Below, piece after piece: positions 37,302 through 47,082 of a DNA stretch of 64,000 nucleotides (its first letter is position 1; every line of letters begins with the position of its first letter). This DNA is from Candidatus Delongbacteria bacterium (GTDB lineage Bacteria > CAIWAD01). The notes beneath the pieces are model-generated. The model ran no database searches. It was not told the origin of the DNA and saw nothing but the letters and a program-made list of their open reading frames with translations. Made by a program: the position numbers and the translations under genes. The DNA lies in the NCBI GenBank assembly GCA_963663545.1, contig OY760505.1, positions 3,296,001 through 3,360,000 on the forward strand. The letters are read 5' to 3'.

Positions 37302-39122
37302 ATGAATATCATCTGCGTAAGCGAGGAGCACCGCGCACAAGTGCGCCAGCTGCTGTGCGAACGCTGGGGATCGGCGCGAATTGTATCACGCGGACGCCTG
37401 CACCAGGCCGATCAACTTCCCGGTTTTATCGCCGTGGAGGAGCGTGCGCTGCTGGGCCTGGCGACGTATCACGTGGACGACGACGCCTGCGAGCTGGTCA
37501 GCCTGGACGCCCTGCGGCAGCGCAGGTGCATTGGTCGTGCTCTGGTAGAACGCGTTTGCGATATGGCGACGCAGGCAGGCTGCTGGCGGCTGTGGCTGAT
37601 TACAACCAACGACAACCTGGGCGCGTTGGCCTTCTACCAGAAGCTGGGCTTCGAACTGGTACAGCTGCATCGGGGCGCGCTGGAAGCGTCGCGGCGCCTG
37701 AAGCCCGAGATCCCGCTCTTGGGCGAAGAGGGAATTCCCCTGCGCGACGAGCTCGAGCTGGAGCTGTCGCTTGCTGCCCAGGAGGACCTGCTTGACGACG
37801 TTGACTACCTGCAATTGATCAACACAACTACCTCCGGGCCGCGCAACGATGTGACACCGATTTTCGAGGACGCTGCCGCCTTCGCGCACCTTGTGAAGGA
37901 TCTGGCCGCGCCCTTTCGTGGGCAAGCGCTGGAGCTGGTCGCAGGCATCGACGCGCTGGGATTCGTGCTGGGAGCCGCACTCGCTCGCGAGCTGAAGGTC
38001 GGCTTTCTGCCCGTGCGCAAGGGGGGCAAACTGCCGGTGGACGTGGACCGCGTCACCTTCGTGGATTATAGTGGCGAGGAAAAACAGCTGGAGTTGCGCA
38101 AGGGAAGTTTGCGTGGCGGCGAGCGTGTGCTGCTGGTGGATGAGTGGATTGAAACCGGCGCCCAGATCGAAGCGGCCATCGGGCTCCTTGAAGGGAGGGC
38201 CGCTGACATTGTTGGCGTGGCCACGATCAATCTGGATGTCAACAAACGCACGCGCGCTCTGCTTCAGCGTCGTCGAATTCATACACTTTTGACCGGAGGT
38301 GCCAGACGGGGGTCAGACACTGGTCTGACACGTGTCAGACCCCTCGCGCCACTTTTGTCTCGCCTGCAGGCCATCGCCGCCTCCCTGGCCAAACGCAAAG
38401 ACGCCCGCGCGTTGCTGGCGCTGGGTTCCGCTGGCCTGGAGCAGGATCGCCTGGACGAGTATTCCGATCTGGACTTCTTCGTAATTGTGGCACCTGGCGC
38501 AAAGGCCGGTTATCTGAAAAGCCTGGACTGGCTGTCGGAGGCGCACTCCATCGCCTGGTCCTTTGCCAATACCGCCGATGGTCGCAAGCTGCTCTTTGCC
38601 GACGGCGTATTCTGCGAGTTTGCCGTGTTTGAGGAGCAGGAATTGGCGCACATTCCCTTTGCACCTGGCCGCGTTCATTGGTCCGTACCCGATTTTGATT
38701 CCGCGCTGGCTTCGCCTAAGAACGAGCCTCCGCTTCCACGAGGCATGCGCGACTTCGACTGGCTGCTGGGGGAAACGCTGAGCAATCTCTACATCGGCCT
38801 GTGCCGCAATGCGCGCGGCGAGTCGCTCTCTGCATTGCGCTTCATACAGGGCTATGCCGTCGATCGTGTACTGGAACTGGCCGCGTTGACCTCCTCGCCG
38901 TCCGGGCAAGCAGACGCGCGCTGCGCCGTTGACCCCTTTGACGCCACACGTCGCCTGGAGACGCGGAATCCGGACCTGGCTGCATGGCTGCCCCGTTTTC
39001 TGCCCGGCTACGGTCGCAATTGCGAGGCTGCATCATCGATGTTGGAGTGGCTGCAGATGCGTTTTGAGTTGCCGGCCGTGATGGTAGTGGAATTGCAGGC
39101 GTTGATGGAGGAGTCCCGGTAG
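37302..39122 (+). CDS. Three-domain fusion: GNAT + adenine phosphoribosyltransferase-like + nucleotidyltransferase-like
   Basis: LITTNDN..AL.FYQK.GF; AGIDALGF...VRKGGKLP...VLLVDEWIETG; LGS.......DEYSDLDFFV. Confidence 0.85.
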   Translation: MNIICVSEEHRAQVRQLLCERWGSARIVSRGRLHQADQLPGFIAVEERALLGLATYHVDDDACELVSLDALRQRRCIGRALVERVCDMATQAGCWRLWLITTNDNLGALAFYQKLGFELVQLHRGALEASRRLKPEIPLLGEEGIPLRDELELELSLAAQEDLLDDVDYLQLINTTTSGPRNDVTPIFEDAAAFAHLVKDLAAPFRGQALELVAGIDALGFVLGAALARELKVGFLPVRKGGKLPVDVDRVTFVDYSGEEKQLELRKGSLRGGERVLLVDEWIETGAQIEAAIGLLEGRAADIVGVATINLDVNKRTRALLQRRRIHTLLTGGARRGSDTGLTRVRPLAPLLSRLQAIAASLAKRKDARALLALGSAGLEQDRLDEYSDLDFFVIVAPGAKAGYLKSLDWLSEAHSIAWSFANTADGRKLLFADGVFCEFAVFEEQELAHIPFAPGRVHWSVPDFDSALASPKNEPPLPRGMRDFDWLLGETLSNLYIGLCRNARGESLSALRFIQGYAVDRVLELAALTSSPSGQADARCAVDPFDATRRLETRNPDLAAWLPRFLPGYGRNCEAASSMLEWLQMRFELPAVMVVELQALMEESR

Positions 39123-39442
39123 GGCAGAGCAAAAATCGCCTGCCTGGCTTGGCTATTGCGATGGCGGAGAACCCCCCACCCTCCCCCTGCCGGGGTTAGG
39201 TCCGCTGCGGGTTCCGAGTTCCCGACTTCATCGCACATTCCACTCACGCGGCTTCCGCTGTCCTGTGCGGCTGACACATCCCTCAGGGCAGACCCTGTTT
39301 TCCTCTGTGCAAATTTTGCACAGCCTTCTTCTCTTGTCTGAATCAATCCTCTGTACTAGTCTGGAACTACACAAACCGCTAGGCCAACCTGCACTTCAAC
39401 ACGCCGCCTCGGATGCATTCATCAGCCAGAACAGGAGATCGA

Positions 39443-40969
39443 ATGACCGATTTATGCGCCGACGCTCGCTTCAAACGGTTGCTGGACAGCATGCTGGAGG
39501 GCTGCCAGATCCTGGATTTCGAGTGGCGCTATGTCTACCTGAACGATACCGCCACCGCCCATAGCCGCCGCACGCGCGAGGAATTGCTGGGGCGTCGCTA
39601 CATGGACCTGTGGCCAGGCGCGGAAAAGACTGAGGTTTTCGCGCACATCAAGGCGGCTCTGGAAGAACGCCAGCCTCACAGCATGGAAAACCGCTTTCAG
39701 TACCCCGATGGTCGCACGGGCTGGTTTGAGCTGCGCATTTCACCGGTGCCCGAGGGCGTTTTCATCATGTCGCTGGACATCAGCGCGCGCAAGGAGGCCG
39801 AAGAGCGTCTGCGCCAGAGTGAAGAGCAGCACCAGCAGATGCAGCGCATGGAGGCCATCGGCCAGCTCGCTGGCGGCATCGCCCACGATTTCAACAATAT
39901 CCTGGTGGTGATTCTGGGCAACCTGGAGCTGATGCTGGAGGATCTACCGCCCGAAAGTCCCTTGCGTGAGGATCTGGAAGAGATACAGCGCGCGGCCACA
40001 CGCAGCTCGGAGTTGACGCAGCAGCTGCTGGGTTACGCTCGCCGTCAGACGGTGAAGCCGCAGATTTTGGAGGCAAACGGCGAGATCCGCAGTACTCTAC
40101 GCTATTTGCGGCGCTTGGTGGGCGAGGACATTCAGCTGAGTTGGTCGCCCGGGTCAAACCTGCCGCTCGTACGTATCGATCCCGTGCAACTCAACCAGAT
40201 CCTGACCAACTTGTGCATCAACGCTCGTGACGCCATTGCCAATGTTGGAAAGATCGAAATCAGCACACGCTCCAAGGTGGTCGCGGCTGACGAGGTGCGG
40301 GCGACTCCCTGCGCAAGTGCTGGCGAGTATCTACTGCTGAAAGTGCGTGATACGGGTTCGGGCATGGACGCCCAGACCATGTCCCACGTCTTCGAGCCCT
40401 TCTTCACCACCAAAGCGCTGGGTCATGGAACCGGCCTGGGATTGGCCACTGTCTACGGCATTGTGCGGCAGAATGGCGGCTACATCTGCGTCGACAGCGA
40501 GCCTGGTGCGGGGACGACCTTCAGTCTCTATCTGCCCGCAGACAAGGAGGGCGGGAGCTCCCGAGTGATTCCGAAGCACACGCGGACCCAGTTTCGCAGC
40601 AGTGGCCAGGTCCTACTGGTAGAAGATGAGGAGAGCATTCTGCGCATTATCAAGCGTATGCTTGAGCAGCTTGGCTTTCAGGTTCTTGCCGCACCAGGAC
40701 CTGAACAGGCGCTGGAGAGGCTGGAGACGAGCACCGATGTACCGCGACTGCTGATCACCGATGTCATCATGCCGGGCATGACGGGACCCGCACTGGCCAC
40801 GCGCCTGCAAGAGCGCTTTCCACAAATGAAAACCCTATACATCTCAGGTTACACGGCCAATGTCATTGCCAAGCGAGGCATGCTGGCCGACGGTATTCAG
40901 TTCCTGGCAAAGCCCTTTACACGCGAAGCGCTTGGCGAGAAGATTCGCGAGGTGCTGGATGAGGTGTAG
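39443..40969 (+). CDS. Cytoplasmic PAS hybrid histidine kinase
   Basis: LAGGIAHDFNN; NLCINARDA; EPFFTTK; REC LLVEDE...TDVIMP. Confidence 0.92.
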   Translation: MTDLCADARFKRLLDSMLEGCQILDFEWRYVYLNDTATAHSRRTREELLGRRYMDLWPGAEKTEVFAHIKAALEERQPHSMENRFQYPDGRTGWFELRISPVPEGVFIMSLDISARKEAEERLRQSEEQHQQMQRMEAIGQLAGGIAHDFNNILVVILGNLELMLEDLPPESPLREDLEEIQRAATRSSELTQQLLGYARRQTVKPQILEANGEIRSTLRYLRRLVGEDIQLSWSPGSNLPLVRIDPVQLNQILTNLCINARDAIANVGKIEISTRSKVVAADEVRATPCASAGEYLLLKVRDTGSGMDAQTMSHVFEPFFTTKALGHGTGLGLATVYGIVRQNGGYICVDSEPGAGTTFSLYLPADKEGGSSRVIPKHTRTQFRSSGQVLLVEDEESILRIIKRMLEQLGFQVLAAPGPEQALERLETSTDVPRLLITDVIMPGMTGPALATRLQERFPQMKTLYISGYTANVIAKRGMLADGIQFLAKPFTREALGEKIREVLDEV

Positions 40970-41140
40970 CTCTGCACGGGCCTTTTCGGGCTGTTGGAAC
41001 ATGTGACCTCTAGCTGCGTTCACTTGTGCTTCAATCTGCTTTGTTTTACCGTGATCCAACTCTTAGCTCGCAACGAGGCGTGAACTCTTGTGTGCTGTTG
41101 CCACAGAGTGCGGAAACAAATCAATGTCTAAGGAGAAGCA

Positions 41141-41881
41141 ATGGCGCTGCGTGAGGAGATGACACGCTCGGGAACCTGGCTGTTCCGCTGGAGAAGCTAC
41201 GTGCCACTGGCATTCCTTGCCCTGGTGTTGGTTTCGCTTCGCGAGTTCCACTACCTGGGTAACAGTGAACTGCTGGATCACATCTGGGAAGCCATTTGTT
41301 TGTCGGTTAGCACCTTAGGTCTGGTGGTCCGAGTGCTGACGATCGGCTTTACGCCCAAAAACACATCCGGACGAAACAAGAGCCGCCAGGTGGCAGACAG
41401 CTTGAACACGGACGGAATCTACTCCCTGGTTCGCAATCCGCTGTATTTAGGCAATTTTCTCATGGGACTTGGCGTTGCGCTGTTTGCCCACTTGTGGTGG
41501 CTGGTTGTCATCTATACCCTGTTTTTCTGGCTGTATTACGAGCGCATCATTTATGCGGAAGAAGAGTTCCTGCGCGAGAAATTTGGTCAGCGGTATCTTG
41601 ATTGGGCCGCGAAAACGCCTGCTATTGTGCCGCGTTTTCGCCACTATCGCAAAGCGTCGCTTTCCTTCTCCTTACGGAACGTGCTACGGCGTGAGTACAA
41701 TGGTTTTTTCGCAATGATTGTTGTGCTCTTTTCCATTGAAATAGCAGGTGAGCTCATCGCCTACCATCGTCTGGATACTGACGAAGAATGGCTGTGGCTG
41801 CTGGCCTTTGGCTTCCTCATCTGGATCACACTGTGGATATTGAAACGCTATACCCGGCTTTTAGAAGTTGAGGGTCGCTAA
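41141..41881 (+). CDS. lmtA: Lipid A phosphate methyltransferase-like (ICMT/PEMT family)
   Basis: MALREE...G.WLFRWRSY.P; TSGRN; GIYSLVRNPLYLGN; YYERII.AEE.FL. Confidence 0.75.
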   Translation: MALREEMTRSGTWLFRWRSYVPLAFLALVLVSLREFHYLGNSELLDHIWEAICLSVSTLGLVVRVLTIGFTPKNTSGRNKSRQVADSLNTDGIYSLVRNPLYLGNFLMGLGVALFAHLWWLVVIYTLFFWLYYERIIYAEEEFLREKFGQRYLDWAAKTPAIVPRFRHYRKASLSFSLRNVLRREYNGFFAMIVVLFSIEIAGELIAYHRLDTDEEWLWLLAFGFLIWITLWILKRYTRLLEVEGR

Positions 41882-41925
41882 CTATCCAAAGGTCAAAGGA
41901 AGCCTGATTCCCCTTGAAAATGGAA

Positions 41926-41956
41926 CCCCCGGATGCCTGGGAAGAACATCCGGGGG
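41926..41956. terminator. Hairpin between convergent lmtA and adh
   Basis: CCCCCGGATG...CATCCGGGGG. Confidence 0.55.
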
Positions 41957-42009
41957 CTTATCTGGGGAGGGTAGCTCGGGTTCAGGCGCGGGGGCAGCCT
42001 GAAGGCTCA

Positions 42010-43161
42010 CTAAAGAGCGTTTTTGTAGATCGCCACGATGTCGTCAAACTCCGCCTGGCGCGGGTTTGTCAAACCGCAGGCATCCTTCAGGGCATTGGTG
42101 GCTAGAGTCGGCAGATCAGCCTCCTTCACACCCAGCTCAGCCAGCCCGGCGGGAATTCCGATGTCAGCCGACAGTCTACGAATGGCAGCCAGTGCCGCTA
42201 GTGCCGCCTGGTCCCGGGAGAGCCCGGAGGTGCTCACGTCCATTGCACGGGCCACATCACCCAGTCGATCAGCGCTTGTACTGGCGTTGAAGGCCTGCAC
42301 GTGGGGCAGCAGGACGGCGTTGCAGACACCGTGAGGCAGGTCGTAGAAGCCGCCTAGCTGGTGAGCCATGGCATGCACGTATCCCAGGGAAGCATTGTTG
42401 AAGGCCATGCCCGCCAGGAATTGCGCGTAGGCCATCTGCTCGCGGGCTTCCATGTCCTTGCCGTCGGCGACGGCAGCACGCAGGTACGTCTCGATCAGGT
42501 TGATGGCCTTTAGTGCGCAGGCGTCGGTGATGGGGGTCGCTGCGGTAGAAACATAGGCTTCAATGGCATGGGTCAGGGCATCCATGCCGGTCGCCGCAGT
42601 CAGGTCAGCGGGTTGGTCTTTCATTAGTTCCGGATCGTTCACGGATAGGATGGGGGTCGTATGCTTGTCAACGATGGCCATCTTGATGTGGCGCGCCTCG
42701 TCGGTGATGATGCAGAAGCGGGTCATTTCGCTGGCGGTGCCGGCGGTGGTGTTGATGGCAATCAGCGGCAACTGCGGCTTTGCCGATTTGTCCACGCCTT
42801 CATAGTCCGCAATGTTGCCGCCGTTGGTGGCACAAAGAGCGATGCCCTTGGCGCAGTCGTGGGGAGAACCGCCGCCCAGGGAAATCACGAAATCACAGCT
42901 TTCGCTCTTCAGTATAGCCAGACCGCTCTCCACATTGCTAATGCTGGGATTGGGCTTGGTCTCGCTGAAGACAACGGTCTTGACTCCTTGTGCGTTGAGT
43001 AGCTTGACAACCTTGTCCACCAGACCAATGCCAAGCAGACCGGCGTCCGTTACCACCAGGGCCTTATGGAAACCCATGTTTTCGATCATCGCAGCCGCAT
43101 CGGCCAGGCTTCCCGCGCCCATCATGTTGACGGCAGGAATGAAGAAAGTCGTGGTAGCCAT
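42010..43161 (-). CDS. Iron-containing alcohol dehydrogenase (YiaY-like)
   Basis: [46 protein letters not shown]; start MATTTFF. Confidence 0.93.
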   Translation of the reverse strand: MATTTFFIPAVNMMGAGSLADAAAMIENMGFHKALVVTDAGLLGIGLVDKVVKLLNAQGVKTVVFSETKPNPSISNVESGLAILKSESCDFVISLGGGSPHDCAKGIALCATNGGNIADYEGVDKSAKPQLPLIAINTTAGTASEMTRFCIITDEARHIKMAIVDKHTTPILSVNDPELMKDQPADLTAATGMDALTHAIEAYVSTAATPITDACALKAINLIETYLRAAVADGKDMEAREQMAYAQFLAGMAFNNASLGYVHAMAHQLGGFYDLPHGVCNAVLLPHVQAFNASTSADRLGDVARAMDVSTSGLSRDQAALAALAAIRRLSADIGIPAGLAELGVKEADLPTLATNALKDACGLTNPRQAEFDDIVAIYKNAL

Positions 43162-43407
43162 TTTCAGCTCCCTTTCGGTTCCGTGTTGTGCCCTTCGAGC
43201 AAACAACAAGGGTTCAGGCGCAATGCCATTGTAGCGAACCAAAATTCATGATACAGTCAAGAGTTACCGTATCAATGTCAAGGACGTTAGAAGTTTAACA
43301 GGCCTAATCTGCTTTGTCAAGAGAAAAATGACAAATGTTGCACCGTTACTCGTGTATTTGGAGGATGACTAGCCGTTGGTTCCGTAATCGTGTGCATGCG
43401 AGAGTTA

Positions 43408-43517
43408 TAGGAATACTTGAATGTTCTGTCCAACGAATCGCCAATCAAATGATTGCAATATCAGCATTAACGATAGATCCAGGCAAAGAGGTTGGACAGA
43501 ACTTCTGAGTACTCCTA
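43408..43517. mobile_element. 110-bp MITE, copy 2 (inverted relative to copy 1)
   Basis: Same TIRs and TA ends; IHF consensus AATCAAATGATTG at 43443-43455. Confidence 0.88.
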
Positions 43518-43799
43518 TATATAAAGCACGTAAAACTAGCTGATTATTGAAGAGATAGTAGGCTGTAGATGTGTTAGCCAAAGACTGTTGCGCTGGTGAA
43601 GGTGTACTGCGAGTAAATCAAACATGTCAAAAATTCAACAGAAGAATTATCTGGGCAAGGCTTTCATGCGCGGCGCTGCGGCAGCAGGAGTGCTTCCTGT
43701 TCGGGCAGGTGTGAGCTTTGTGCTGCAGGTGAAGACCTTGGCGGATAATACCGATATCGACATTGTAGGACACAATAAACTGGAAGCCGTGAAGCGAGT

Positions 43800-44225
43800 A
43801 TGGGGAAGCCCAACACCAGACCCATCGGACAACTGGTCTTGTGCTGCGAAGCGCTGGCCTTTCTGCTACTGGTCCTGCTGCTGTGGCTGGACGAGCTCTA
43901 TGATCTTCCCAATCGTCTGGCGGGACGCGCATTGACGCCGGTCAACTGGCCTGAAGCTTTGCTTGAAACTGTGATGGTTGTGTCGGTGGGGTTGTTCGCC
44001 GTTTGCTTCAATCGCCGTATGCTTAGGCGCTTGCGTCAGCTTGAGGGCATTCTCCCTATCTGTGCAAGCTGCAAGCGCATTCGCGATGCTCAGGGAAACT
44101 GGCACCCCGTTGAGGGCTACATCTCCGGTCACAGCGAAGCGCAGTTCAGTCATGGCGTGTGTCCTGAGTGCTACCAACGCCTCTATCCTGAATTTGCGGA
44201 GGAGGAATTCGCCGGAGAAGCCTGA
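43800..44225 (+). CDS. Small two-TM protein with C-terminal Cys motif
   Basis: LPICASCKRIRD...FSHGVCPEC, a tail common on signalling proteins. Confidence 0.8.
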   Translation: MGKPNTRPIGQLVLCCEALAFLLLVLLLWLDELYDLPNRLAGRALTPVNWPEALLETVMVVSVGLFAVCFNRRMLRRLRQLEGILPICASCKRIRDAQGNWHPVEGYISGHSEAQFSHGVCPECYQRLYPEFAEEEFAGEA

Positions 44226-44263
44226 AGGCCGGCGAGTCGCCGCGATAACCTGGGATCGGAAAG

Positions 44264-45922
44264 ATGCATCCTGAGCCCACCCTCCTACGTGCCGGAGTTC
44301 CCCTCGGACTGATTGGCGTTTTGGCTATTGCCTGTATTTTGGCCGCGCTGTGGCATTGGCGTCGCCGCGTGCGTGATACAAATCGAGCGCTACAGCAGGT
44401 CCACGCTGAGTTACGGGATAGTCAGGCCAGTTTCCGCGAACTCTTTCTCAATCACAATGCAATCAACTTGATCGTTGATCCCGCCTCCGGCAGCATTATC
44501 GAGGCCAACCACGCCGCCGCGCGGTTCTACGGGTATACACGCAAGCAACTCCGTCGCATGCGCATTCAGGACATCAATACCCACTCCGAGGCGGAAATCC
44601 AGTCTGCCATGCAGCAGGCCGATGCAGGCGCGCGCGTGCACTTCGAATTCCGTCATCGCCTGGCCGACAACAGCCTTCGCGATGTAGCCGTATTCAGCGG
44701 TCCCATTCGAGTGCGGGGCCGCCTGCTCCTGCATTCTATCATTCATGACGTCACGACAGAGAAGGAGCTGGAGCGCGAGCTGGTCCAGGCACAGAAGCTG
44801 GAGACCATCGGGCGCCTCGCCAGTGGCGTGGCCCACGACTACACCAACATCCTGGGAGTGATCATGGGTTATGCCGAGTTGGCGCTGCACGAGAATCAAC
44901 AAGAAGAGATTGGCGAATACTTGCGAGAGATTACTCTGGCCGCCGAACGATCGGCGTGTATCACGCGGCGCCTGTTGGCCTTTGCCCGTAACGACAGCGC
45001 GCAGCAACCGCAAGTGCTGGATCTGAACAAAGCCATCCATGGCCTGTTGAATATGCTCCGGCGGCTGATTGGCGAGGAAGTGGAGATTCGCTTCGAACCG
45101 GCTCCGGAGCTTTGGCCGGTGCGTGTGGATCCGATCCAGTTTGATCAAGTGCTGATCAACCTCTGTGTGAATGCGCGTGACGCCATCAAAGGCTTCGGTA
45201 CGATTACTCTGCAGACATCGTGTATCACGGCTGAGCAAAAGCAGGACAGCGATCTGCCGGAGGGAGAGTGGGTTGAGATTGCGGTCAAGGACACTGGATG
45301 CGGCATGGACAAGACCACTGCCGGCCGCGCCTTTGATCCTTTCTACACGACCAAGGAAGCGGGTAAAGGAACGGGCATCGGTTTGTCGACGGTGCGCAAT
45401 GTGATGGAGAGCCATGGTGGCAGAATCGATTTGCACAGCCACCCGGGTCAGGGGAGTTGTTTTCGCCTTACCTTCCCCCGTGCGTTGGACAATGAACTTG
45501 TTGCGCGCGAGCAAGAGCCGCGCATTCCACACGGAAAAGGCGAGTGCATTCTCGTGCTTGATTCCCTGGCTGCCAGTCAACGCATGATTGCTGATATGCT
45601 GATGCGTCTTGAGTATTGTCCATTACTTGCTTCAACGCCTGAAGAAGCACTGCAGTACACGACGAGGCATGATACTCCACATCTGCTGATATGTGATACG
45701 GCAATGGAAGGCATTGATATGGCCGCTCTTCTGCACGAGATGCAATTGCGAGTACCTGGGTTAGGAGTGCTTTTCATTTCGGGACATGGCAAGGACTATG
45801 TGAAGAGGGCCGGCTTGTGCGCAGAGGGACGTAACTATTTGCACAAGCCGTTCAGCTATCCACAACTCGCATTACGATTGCGCCAGTTGCTGGATACAGG
45901 TGAGAAACACACCAGCTTGTGA
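44264..45922 (+). CDS. Membrane PAS hybrid histidine kinase
   Basis: LASGVAHDYTN; NARDA; DPFYTTK; partly degenerate REC (LVLDS). Confidence 0.9.
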   Translation: MHPEPTLLRAGVPLGLIGVLAIACILAALWHWRRRVRDTNRALQQVHAELRDSQASFRELFLNHNAINLIVDPASGSIIEANHAAARFYGYTRKQLRRMRIQDINTHSEAEIQSAMQQADAGARVHFEFRHRLADNSLRDVAVFSGPIRVRGRLLLHSIIHDVTTEKELERELVQAQKLETIGRLASGVAHDYTNILGVIMGYAELALHENQQEEIGEYLREITLAAERSACITRRLLAFARNDSAQQPQVLDLNKAIHGLLNMLRRLIGEEVEIRFEPAPELWPVRVDPIQFDQVLINLCVNARDAIKGFGTITLQTSCITAEQKQDSDLPEGEWVEIAVKDTGCGMDKTTAGRAFDPFYTTKEAGKGTGIGLSTVRNVMESHGGRIDLHSHPGQGSCFRLTFPRALDNELVAREQEPRIPHGKGECILVLDSLAASQRMIADMLMRLEYCPLLASTPEEALQYTTRHDTPHLLICDTAMEGIDMAALLHEMQLRVPGLGVLFISGHGKDYVKRAGLCAEGRNYLHKPFSYPQLALRLRQLLDTGEKHTSL

Positions 45923-45996
45923 CACACGGAAATCAGGTGTTACTTTGACGCTAAGCCGAGCGGCTTAGAGTAGGGCTGTGAGTAACAGAGGCGGAA

Positions 45997-46944
45997 GTGA
46001 TCACGCAACACCGCGAGCAAACGAAGACCGGAAAGCAGAACCTGCTGCTGCGGCTGCTGGGCGGGTTGATCGTGCTCATGGGGTTGCTGGCAGCATTTTC
46101 AATTCTGGCGGTAGTGCAGTTTGTGCGCACGCTGTGCGCCCTTTCTGCTGACTACGAGAGCTGGTTGCGGCTGATTATGCCGCTGGCTGTTCTCTTGCTC
46201 TGGCTGTCTGTCTGGTGGAGCTGGCTTGGTATCGGTGTGATGCGCGCAAGGGAGTGGGCCCGTCGTCTGCTGCTGATCAGTTCGCGGCTATGGCTTGTTG
46301 GTGGTGGGATCATTGTGATCTGGCTCGCTTGGGTACAGCAGGGCTGGCAGCTGGCTCCGGTCGCCGTAGATGTCTTTGTGGATCACGCACAACAAGTGCT
46401 GTTTGGGCTGCGCTTGGGCCTTCCACTGCTTGCACTACTATTGGGAGTACTGCTGCCCGCCTTTCTGCAGTTGGCTTTCGGACGCCGTTCTGCACAACTC
46501 GGATTTGTATCACCAGGCAAGAACGGGTGGCTGAAAGAGCTTTCGTCTGCGCAATTGGCACTGCTGCTGATGCAATTGACTACGGCCGTGCTCTTTCCCC
46601 TCAGTCTGAGCTTCCTCGAGTTTGTACCGCTAGCTGGTTTTCTGCTGACCGGAGTCGCGGGATGGATCGCCATGCTGCTTTTTTCCGTGTTACAGTTACT
46701 GCTTGCTGCTGGTGTGTATCACGGATGCCATTGGGCCCTGCTTGGCACACGCTGGATGACGTATGCTTTGGCTGTCAACACACTGGTTTACGCAATAGTG
46801 CTCAAGCTGCAGGAACCTCATCCGGTGTTGCCCAAGGGCGGCTGGACCTTTTTGCTCCTGACTGGATTGATCTACGCCGTGTTGATGCTCGGCTGCCAGT
46901 ATCGTATACAGGCCGGGAGCCTTTCGCAACAAGAGAAACCCTAA
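45997..46944 (+). CDS. Hypothetical multi-pass membrane protein
   Basis: Many hydrophobic helices; LGIG....REWAR. Confidence 0.7.
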   Translation: MITQHREQTKTGKQNLLLRLLGGLIVLMGLLAAFSILAVVQFVRTLCALSADYESWLRLIMPLAVLLLWLSVWWSWLGIGVMRAREWARRLLLISSRLWLVGGGIIVIWLAWVQQGWQLAPVAVDVFVDHAQQVLFGLRLGLPLLALLLGVLLPAFLQLAFGRRSAQLGFVSPGKNGWLKELSSAQLALLLMQLTTAVLFPLSLSFLEFVPLAGFLLTGVAGWIAMLLFSVLQLLLAAGVYHGCHWALLGTRWMTYALAVNTLVYAIVLKLQEPHPVLPKGGWTFLLLTGLIYAVLMLGCQYRIQAGSLSQQEKP

Positions 46945-47082
46945 AGCGGCGGCTTTCGTGCTTGTGTAATGCTTTGCCTGCCTGTTATCTTTCTGCCTGT
47001 CATAACGGTATTGTAAAGTATGCGATCCGGGAGGATGGTCAGCAGGCGAGTCGAGACTACACCAGATGCTGGAGGTCCCGAG

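Noticed and set aside
43313..43335. Second Rex site upstream of adh (TTGTCA-N9-TGACAA)
   Set aside because: The spacer is 3 nt longer than in the site at 11792; it may bind another regulator but is not supportable as Rex
30877..43517. Composite transposon bounded by the MITEs
   Set aside because: No transposase, and the cargo has host-like composition; independent insertions are simpler
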